Shown one piece after another: positions 58,304 through 64,000 of a DNA stretch of 64,000 nt. The translations under genes and the position numbers were made by a program. The notes below the pieces were generated by a model. It was not told where the DNA came from. It worked only from the letters and a program-made list of their open reading frames with translations, and ran no database searches. The stretch is from a virus (Duplodnaviria; Caudoviricetes). Where the stretch lies: IMG/VR virus record IMGVR_UViG_3300034197_000017, positions 1 to 64,000 of that record; one strand, 5' to 3'. Position 1 is the first letter of the stretch. The number at the start of each line of letters is the position of its first letter.

Positions 58304-58699
58304 ATGTCTAATACATATGATGTGGATTCCCCTCCTTTCTATACACATCCTTCATATATTGGATGTGCTAATGAGTTGCTTCCTTCTGATGAAAGGCTAG
58401 ATAAATACGATGCTCAATATAGTCAATATGGTTTTGATGATACCTGTACTTGGAATTTAGACCTAAGTATCGTCAAGTTCATTCTTCCTAGATTGAAGAG
58501 ATTTAGAGAAGTATCTAATGGGTATCCAGCAAGACTTAACTCAATGGCTGAATATCACGAAGTACTAGATAAAATCATAAAGTCATTTACTATTATGGAT
58601 AAACAAAACCAATATCTAGTAGCTGAGGAAGAATCAGATAAAGAAGTAAAAGAAGGTCTACACTTATTTGTAGAATATTTAAGTGATTTGTGGTGGTAA
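58304..58699 (+). CDS. conserved hypothetical phage protein
   Basis: TWNLD..IVKFILPRLKRFR..SNGYP...LDKII..F...LWW pattern; GGAG RBS. Confidence 0.7.
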   Translation: MSNTYDVDSPPFYTHPSYIGCANELLPSDERLDKYDAQYSQYGFDDTCTWNLDLSIVKFILPRLKRFREVSNGYPARLNSMAEYHEVLDKIIKSFTIMDKQNQYLVAEEESDKEVKEGLHLFVEYLSDLWW

Positions 58700-58702
58700 G
58701 GT

Positions 58703-58963
58703 ATGCAAGCCTCATTCAAAATAGAAAATACTAAAACAGAGGAAGGTAAATTTAGGTCAACCTATTGGGTCATAGATAGAATAAGTCAATTTTCCCCTGA
58801 ATTACCTGAACATCTATATAGAGGATGGTTATTTTATGAGGAATTTATCTTTATCTCAGATGTAATAACTCCAGAAAACATCACTATCAATGAACAAGCT
58901 CCTATAGCTGATGTAAAGTTCCTACTAGATTACTTTCAGATTAACTATGGACAATCAATCTAA
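58703..58963 (+). CDS. hypothetical protein
   Basis: 86-aa ORF in the operon. Confidence 0.65.
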   Translation: MQASFKIENTKTEEGKFRSTYWVIDRISQFSPELPEHLYRGWLFYEEFIFISDVITPENITINEQAPIADVKFLLDYFQINYGQSI

Positions 58964-59420
58964 TTTCAGATTAGGATATAGCTCTGCATTATCTAAGGTA
59001 GACTCTATCCTAGGTTCTTACAATTTTGAGGAACCTTATTATGCTACAGAAGCTGATTATGTTTCAGCTAGAGATAGACAAGCATTAATTAACGAATTAA
59101 GGCAAGAAATGACTCTATTAAATTTCACAACTCCTAGTTTGTATGACCAGTTAAGTAAATACCTTACTGATTTGGGATATGCAGCAACAGTAAATACAAG
59201 AGAATGGAGGATTGAAAGAAGTACACATCTAAATTTCACTATCGGTCTATTTACTAGATTCGTTAGTAATACTGAAGAGATAAATCTAGAATTTAACTTT
59301 GATGATATCTATAGCAATAAAAAACGTATCACCTACCCAGTGAAATGTTTTTCTGTTCTAGAAGCAGAGGGTTATATCAGGGTAATGCATGTTCTCAATG
59401 TCCAATTTGATTCTAATTAA
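58947..59420 (+). CDS. hypothetical protein
   Basis: 157-aa ORF in the operon. Confidence 0.65.
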   Translation: MDNQSNFRLGYSSALSKVDSILGSYNFEEPYYATEADYVSARDRQALINELRQEMTLLNFTTPSLYDQLSKYLTDLGYAATVNTREWRIERSTHLNFTIGLFTRFVSNTEEINLEFNFDDIYSNKKRITYPVKCFSVLEAEGYIRVMHVLNVQFDSN

Positions 59421-59438
59421 AATCTAACAGAGGAAAAT

Positions 59439-60434
59439 ATGTACCAACTATTTGTTTACGGTAAAGACTCAGCATCACCTAGCCCGATGTTCTATGGAAA
59501 TACAGTAGAAGGTTCTCCAACAGTGGAGAAAATTACTAAACTCCATGACCTAAATTCCTGGATGGCAGAGAAAATCCCTAACTTCAATGAACAAACTGTT
59601 CAAGTAAAGGATAGTTACCATATTAGACGTACTAATGAACTTCCTGAAACTCAATATCACGGAATTATCTTACATCCCTATGTCAATACTAGCTATAAGG
59701 TAATGCAATACTCTGATGCAGTTAAATGGCTAGACCCATTCCTACAAGAACAGATGCTTACGGTAGATTCATCCTTGATGCTAGATAAAGGGGCAAAGTT
59801 CTCTGTTCTCTGTGACATCAATGTAGAAGCTAAAATTGCAGAGGGAGATACGGTAAACCGCTATCTTCTACTAGCTCTATCTCATGATAAGTCTATGCGA
59901 GGTCTATTCTACTGTGATACTAGACCTATATGTGCTAATACTCTAGCGATGGCTAAGATGGAAGGCTTACGTAGTCCAGAAAAGAATCTAGTATTAGATG
60001 ATGCCAATCCAGAGAAGAGTCTAAAACTCGCTAGAAAATTGATTGACCTGACTACTCAAAAATTCCATGATTCTACGGTTCTAGAATACAAATCTTTTGC
60101 TAAATTGGAACTGCAACCTCAGCAAGTAGATTATATCTTCCGTACTATTCTGAATATGCCACTAGGAACGATTGAAGTGGGGGATGTTAGTGATTCTATC
60201 TGGACAAGTTATACCGAGCTTGGTGAGGCATATAAAGCCAGTCCTGGCATGGAATTGATTAATGGCGATACTGGTTGGAGAGTATTTAATGCAGTAACCT
60301 ACTTTAATCAAAATCTGGGTAAAACTGAATCTCAAAGCTACCAAAAGAATTTGTTTGGTGCAGGTTCTAGATACCGCAAACAGACAACTGAATTGTTAAC
60401 TCAACTTCTACCCTCATCCGCTATCCCAGTGTAA
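59439..60434 (+). CDS. DUF932 / TIGR03299-type phage-plasmid protein
   Basis: YKVMQYSDA..W, RYLLLALSHD, TRPICANT, GDTGWRVFNAVTYF motifs. Confidence 0.8.
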   Translation: MYQLFVYGKDSASPSPMFYGNTVEGSPTVEKITKLHDLNSWMAEKIPNFNEQTVQVKDSYHIRRTNELPETQYHGIILHPYVNTSYKVMQYSDAVKWLDPFLQEQMLTVDSSLMLDKGAKFSVLCDINVEAKIAEGDTVNRYLLLALSHDKSMRGLFYCDTRPICANTLAMAKMEGLRSPEKNLVLDDANPEKSLKLARKLIDLTTQKFHDSTVLEYKSFAKLELQPQQVDYIFRTILNMPLGTIEVGDVSDSIWTSYTELGEAYKASPGMELINGDTGWRVFNAVTYFNQNLGKTESQSYQKNLFGAGSRYRKQTTELLTQLLPSSAIPV

Positions 60435-60439
60435 TTAAA

Positions 60440-60685
60440 ATGACTACTTTTCTAACTGTATATTTTTCTATCGGACTGTCCTTATCTCTATGGATACTAT
60501 TTAGAGATGTAGTAGTCAAAGATAAAAAATATTGGAAATTAGTTTCGGAATGCCAGAGAGAGTTTGACCTAGATATAGAGTATATAGAAAAAGCAATTAA
60601 AATTGTAACCTTATTTTTTGCATTATTTCTATGGCCTATTCTCCTTCTTAACGGTTCATTTAACCCACGCTCTAACTCTAAGTAA
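60440..60685 (+). CDS. small membrane protein
   Basis: Two hydrophobic segments; LFLWPILL motif. Confidence 0.6.
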   Translation: MTTFLTVYFSIGLSLSLWILFRDVVVKDKKYWKLVSECQREFDLDIEYIEKAIKIVTLFFALFLWPILLLNGSFNPRSNSK

Positions 60686-60703
60686 AAAACAAAGGATAAA
60701 ACT

Positions 60704-60904
60704 ATGAAAGTGTATAAAGTACTTATTGCAGGAACATTGACAGCAGTAATTCTTATTGGAGGACTTCTTTATACCATTCCTACCTATAAAGTGTGGGCTG
60801 CTGAGCAAGACGGAAAAGCTATTTTGGCTAGAGCTGAATCAACTAAAAAAGCTCAAATTCTAGATGCTTCTCCCAAACAATTCACTGTCAATACTGCTAA
60901 ATAA
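60704..60904 (+). pseudogene. probably truncated phage membrane protein (PxYxVW...GxAxLAxAE family)
   Basis: A transmembrane helix, then PTYKVWAAEQDGKAILARAESTKKAQI; the coiled-coil that normally continues is missing and the ORF ends after 66 aa. Confidence 0.45.
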
Positions 60905-60933
60905 CCTATAACCTAGCTACCCTCAGTCAAGTA

Positions 60934-61191
60934 TTGGGGGTAGTAAACCTACAATTCATGGAAATTAACTATCCCTATATCCAGTTATCTAAGCATCCTG
61001 ACTATGCTGGATTCTATGTTGTATCTGAAACTGGAGAACCACTAAAGATAAATTCTATTACCCTGATAGGAGCAGTAAAAGATGCTCTAAAGTTGGGATA
61101 TGATATTAATCTAAAACAATGGGTAGATGAAAAAGGGTCAATTTCACCAATTCTTTTTACAGTAGATAAGGATAAGTATGAACGAAAATAA
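60934..61191 (+). CDS. hypothetical protein
   Basis: 85-aa ORF; the true start may be the internal ATG (MEINY). Confidence 0.55.
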   Translation: MGVVNLQFMEINYPYIQLSKHPDYAGFYVVSETGEPLKINSITLIGAVKDALKLGYDINLKQWVDEKGSISPILFTVDKDKYERK

Positions 61192-61696
61192 AGATAAGAT
61201 GGTACGGCTACTTGAACTTCTAGATAATGGAGTTCAACCTATCATTCGATGGGTAAAAAATGATTACTATTCTATTGAGGAGTGTGATGCTTACTCTGTC
61301 TCAATGCTTTGTAAAGTTACTCGATATTCTACTTTACCTCCTATATTCGATGGAGATATCCTATATAGAGTCTATACTGATTTTTCAGAGTTTGAGTCAT
61401 ATAATATAGCCATTTCTAACCAATTCTATACTGGAGAGTATCCACAATGGCATGAAACATCTACTTATCCTGAAGATAAGAAATACACTGTCTATATGCA
61501 GGTATCAGGAGAAGAATCCCCTGATGAATCATCTGGATGTATGTTTGAGTTTGTAGAAACAGAATCATTAACCACATTTGATGAGTATAAGAAATCCAAC
61601 TCATCCGAATCTTATATTTCGTGGTTAGAAGGTATGACTATTCAACATCTTAATTTAGTTAGAGGTTTAATTGACGTTATCACTTCTGAGATTTAA
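61178..61696 (+). CDS. hypothetical protein, tandem paralogue 1
   Basis: PIIRW...E..Y.V.M.C...TDFSEFE.YN...WHE...YP.D...SSGCMFEFV...YI.WLE. Confidence 0.75.
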   Translation: MNENKDKMVRLLELLDNGVQPIIRWVKNDYYSIEECDAYSVSMLCKVTRYSTLPPIFDGDILYRVYTDFSEFESYNIAISNQFYTGEYPQWHETSTYPEDKKYTVYMQVSGEESPDESSGCMFEFVETESLTTFDEYKKSNSSESYISWLEGMTIQHLNLVRGLIDVITSEI

Positions 61697-61702
61697 TTTA
61701 TC

Positions 61703-62209
61703 ATGAACGATAATTATACTAAAATGTCTGCTCTAATTGAGTATCTAAAGACAGGATGTTCTCCTATAATTAGATGGATTGACCCTTTTATTGAAGAGTT
61801 TGAATCCTATGATGTAGGTATGATATGTAGAGCTATAGGAATCAAAGAAACTGATTTTGCTCTCAAATCTTCAGGTATAGTTATTTACGGAATAACTACA
61901 GATTTTAGTGAGTTTGAAGAATACAATAAATCTATAGCTAAAGAAACTTGGAATTACTCATCTGATGATTCAAGCAAACAATTTGTTAAATGGCATGAAT
62001 CTTCTTTTTATCCTAAAGATAGAAGAGAGGTTATATATTTACAGTTAGCAGAAGAATTTTCAGGGGAGAAATCATCTGGATGTATGTTTGAATTTGTGAA
62101 TACATCTTCTCTAAGTGTGTTTGAGAAATATAAAGAATCAAAGACAGAATTACCTTATGTCGCATGGTTAGAAAAAGCAGTCTTTGATTCAGATATTTAT
62201 TTTAACTAA
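61703..62209 (+). CDS. hypothetical protein, tandem paralogue 2
   Basis: Same motif order as 61178..61696. Confidence 0.75.
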   Translation: MNDNYTKMSALIEYLKTGCSPIIRWIDPFIEEFESYDVGMICRAIGIKETDFALKSSGIVIYGITTDFSEFEEYNKSIAKETWNYSSDDSSKQFVKWHESSFYPKDRREVIYLQLAEEFSGEKSSGCMFEFVNTSSLSVFEKYKESKTELPYVAWLEKAVFDSDIYFN

Positions 62210-62226
62210 TCTTTATACTTTTGTAG

Positions 62227-62255
62227 TTGACATTTAGATTTAGTTTAGATAGACT
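62227..62255 (+). promoter_or_regulatory. sigma70-type promoter of the RNA cluster
   Basis: TTGACA (62227), 17 nt, TAGACT (62250). Confidence 0.75.
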
Positions 62256-62386
62256 GATAAAGTAAACCTCGTTGAAGGGTTAATCAAAACTAGGGAAAAA
62301 CATCTATTATCGTTGAAAGCCAAAATTGTTATATAGCTAGTTAGAAAATATAGATTTATATAATTTAGCTAGCTTTTCTACACCTA

Positions 62387-62474
62387 GCGGGTAAGAACCA
62401 GCGTTCAGAGGAGCCTTATAAACTCTTTGCTCCAGATTAGAGCCTTTGGGATGGGGCAGCACCATCTACCCGTA
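62387..62474 (+). tRNA. non-canonical tRNA-like RNA, anticodon UAU (Ile?), long variable arm
   Basis: Acceptor GCGGGTA/TACCCGT; mini D arm AAC-CAGC-GTT; anticodon loop CTTATAA; V arm GCTC-CAGATTA-GAGC; T arm GATGG-GGCAGCA-CCATC. Confidence 0.6.
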
Positions 62475-62481
62475 TAGCACT

Positions 62482-62529
62482 AGACGGTACTGGCTTAGTA
62501 AGATAGAGTTCGCCTACTATCACCGTTTA
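62482..62529 (+). ncRNA. minihelix-like RNA (acceptor stem plus T-arm-like hairpin)
   Basis: AGACGGT/ACCGTTT 7-bp stem enclosing ACT-GGCTT-AGT and GATAG-AGTTCGCCTA-CTATC. Confidence 0.35.
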
Positions 62530-62539
62530 CTGCTAATTA

Positions 62540-62707
62540 ACTTGGTTGAGGGCTTAGGCTAAAACTCTTCCAAGTAAAGTGAGAGTCTTTAATGACTCAA
62601 CCCTCTTACAGGGGATATAAACTATAGGTGTAAGTAACTATAGATGTTATGGAAAGCTACCTACCAGACTTAGGTGATACGTAGAGTATCAATAATGAGA
62701 CTTTCCA
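62540..62707 (+). ncRNA. structured non-coding segment
   Basis: Consecutive stems ACTTGG/CCAAGT, GAGTC/GACTC, CCCT/AGGG, CTATAG/CTATAG, and a TGGAAAG/CTTTCCA junction with two inner hairpins; no ORF. Confidence 0.4.
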
Positions 62708-62750
62708 CTAAACCCGCTCTAGTAGCTCAGATGGATAGAGCAATTGCCTT

Positions 62751-63403
62751 CAATTGGAGCTTTTATAGCGAAACAAAAGCTATAAAATGCACAGCGCTAT
62801 ATCGGTGAAACCTTAACAGTTAGGCTGATGGTAATACCGAGGAAACTGACCAACAAATTACCCGTATGTTAGTGTTGTATAATAAAACTATATTTATAGT
62901 TTCTTTTATGCATCATTTTACAAAAAACAAAGGGGATTTAGGTGTATTAAAGGTAAAGGCAGATTTAGTATCTAAAGGCTATACTGTAGGCTCTTTGGAT
63001 ACCGAACATAGTCCTTTTGATGTGGTGACGTATAGAAACCAAGAATTCAAACGAATTCAAGTTAAATACCGTTCACTAAGGAAAGGGAAGTTAGAGATAC
63101 GTTTTTCTTCTAGCTGGGCTGATAAACACGGTTCCCATGTTCGGTTTGTAGATAAATCAGAAATTGACGTATATGCAGTATACTGTCCCGAAACAGATTG
63201 CTGCTATTATTTTAATCCTTCTGACTACAAAAAAAGTTTGACTTTGAGAGTAAATGCATCTCTAAATAATCAGCAGCAAAATATACACAACGCTGATGAT
63301 TTTAGACAGGTTCCGTAGAGACTACACGCGTTGCACCTGTAATGGTGAAGATATAGTCCAGACCACAAACGTTTATGACGGTAACTAAAGTTATAGTGGT
63401 ACG
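62751..63403 (+). mobile_element. group I self-splicing intron (653 nt)
   Basis: P1 CUU|C-AAUU-GGAG with U.G at the splice site; P2 TTTTATAGC/GCTATAAAA; core elements ATATCGGTGAAA, AATACCGAG, AGAGACTACACG, AAGATATAGTCC; terminal G at 63403; P10 TTGG/CTAA. Confidence 0.92.
62866..63318 (+). CDS. intron-encoded PD-(D/E)XK homing endonuclease (I-Ssp6803I-like); start may be ATG 62908
   Basis: KGDLG...YTV...SPFDVV...RIQVKYR...DVYAVY...CYYF pattern; located in the P6 loop, with its TAG overlapping the P6/P7 junction. Confidence 0.88.
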   Translation: MLVLYNKTIFIVSFMHHFTKNKGDLGVLKVKADLVSKGYTVGSLDTEHSPFDVVTYRNQEFKRIQVKYRSLRKGKLEIRFSSSWADKHGSHVRFVDKSEIDVYAVYCPETDCCYYFNPSDYKKSLTLRVNASLNNQQQNIHNADDFRQVP

Positions 63404-63441
63404 CTAAGCAATCGGTCACAGGTTCAAGTCCTGTCTAGAGC

Positions 63442-63533
63442 GCTGTACCTAGACGTAGGTGCAAAACCATTTAGTAAAAGTAGAAGTGGTTTCAGGCACA
63501 TTGCCTATGAGGTTCGACTCCTCACTACCAGCG
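63442..63533 (+). ncRNA. degenerate tRNA-like element
   Basis: T arm TGAGG-TTCGACT-CCTCA; V arm AGGCA/TGCCT; 9-bp AAACCATTT/AAGTGGTTT stem with 11-nt loop; mini D hairpin CCTA/TAGG; imperfect acceptor. Confidence 0.45.
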
Positions 63534-63587
63534 TATTACCGGAAACGCTACTAAGTGATAGTGAGTACATTGCTGAAGCTAGACTAG

Positions 63588-63845
63588 GTGATGTATTCAC
63601 TGCCAACCTTAATATCCATAGGAGATGACTACATGACTGTATATGATGCGCTAGAAAACCTATCTGCCTTAGCTCAAAAAGGATATGGAAATATGGAGTT
63701 AGTTAATGTAGATTTAATCTTTGGGTACTCTACTCCAGTAGCTATTTATCAGGATATCTCTACAGCAAATCCTAAAACAGACTCTGGCTATTTACGTACT
63801 GTTGGAGAAGGTCAAGTATTCGTTCCTGTACAGTTTGAATATTAA
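63588..63845 (+). CDS. hypothetical protein (start probably internal MTVYD)
   Basis: GGAG RBS before the internal ATG. Confidence 0.6.
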   Translation: MMYSLPTLISIGDDYMTVYDALENLSALAQKGYGNMELVNVDLIFGYSTPVAIYQDISTANPKTDSGYLRTVGEGQVFVPVQFEY

Positions 63846-63854
63846 ATTAACTTT

Positions 63855-64000
63855 ATGAGCATTAAAAGAGTTTCCCTTCCTATAATTATATTAGTAAAGC
63901 AGCAAGATATTCCTATTGAACGTCTTAATCCTGACAACGTAACTGTAGAATATGACTATACATTTGACCGTCATATTATTGAAGCAATTCATAGAGTAGC
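63855..64000 (+). CDS. hypothetical protein (partial, runs off window end)
   Basis: ATG at 63855, open to the end: MSIKRVSLPIIILVKQQDIPIERL... Confidence 0.55.
   Translation, partial: MSIKRVSLPIIILVKQQDIPIERLNPDNVTVEYDYTFDRHIIEAIHRV

Larger units (their letters stand above)
62716..63442 (+). tRNA. trnR-UCU: tRNA-Arg(UCU) interrupted by a group I intron (exons 62716-62750 and 63404-63442)
   Basis: Joined exons give GCTCTAG TA GCTC AGATGGATA GAGC A ATTGC CTTCTAA GCAAT CGGTC ACAGG TTCAAGT CCTGT CTAGAGC G, a canonical cloverleaf. Confidence 0.92.
3635..63658. repeat. dispersed 10-bp motif CGYTAGAAAA / TTTTCTARCG (at least 27 copies)
   Basis: Exact copies counted by eye at 3635, 4570, 10426, 10521, 11578, 12850, 17277, 17715, 21522, 21532, 21626, 22560, 24461, 28229, 36406, 37031, 39137, 42460, 42805, 43570, 48235, 49326, 52263, 53262, 54308, 60029, 63649. 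Confidence 0.9.

Noticed and set aside
1028-60344. Many ORF-track entries antisense to or nested in longer genes (e.g. 1028..1267, 3943..4146, 4390..4653, 5634..5900, 18640..19080, 20376..20822, 21848..22327, 34560..34880)
   Set aside because: They are shadow ORFs of real genes, with no RBS, low-complexity translations and no independent motifs.
1-64000. Stop-codon reassignment
   Set aside because: Very long ORFs are intact in the standard code, and genes ending in TAA, TAG and TGA all abut the next start.

Overview
The whole window looks like part of one large, AT-rich (roughly one third GC by eye) temperate tailed phage, most likely infecting a cyanobacterium. Host evidence: an nblA homologue, a cyanobacterial-type tRNA-Leu(CAA) fragment next to a tyrosine integrase, an I-Ssp6803I-like homing endonuclease, and apparent GATC avoidance. 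Layout: 1-3607, a minus-strand accessory block (two MazG-like genes, an orphan HigA-like HTH fusion, a GH24 lysozyme, a macro-like protein). 3757-5209, a putative attP (5' half of tRNA-Leu) plus the integrase. 5.3-37.8 kb, mostly virion genes: Mu-F-like head protein, Mu-like prohead protease, scaffold, decoration protein, lambda-E-like capsid, fibres, a tail chaperone with a likely -1 frameshift, a 1925-aa tape measure and an M15A peptidase, interleaved with a family of Gly-zipper proteins. 38-58 kb, an nblA operon, the portal, large tail-tip/fibre genes and an inserted cassette carrying a Tad1 homologue. 58-64 kb, early-type genes and an RNA cluster. No terminase, sheath or polymerase gene was recognised. 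The strongest unexplained signals are: (1) a dispersed non-palindromic motif CGYTAGAAAA, with at least 27 exact copies on both strands, inside and between genes; (2) a set of Gly-zipper proteins sharing an FS..Y..[AS]xF motif that looks like a maturation-protease site; (3) a tRNA-Arg(UCU) split by a group I intron carrying a homing endonuclease, flanked by non-canonical tRNA-like RNAs; (4) an attP built from the 5' half of a tRNA. All family assignments come from motif recognition by eye, with no database searches.
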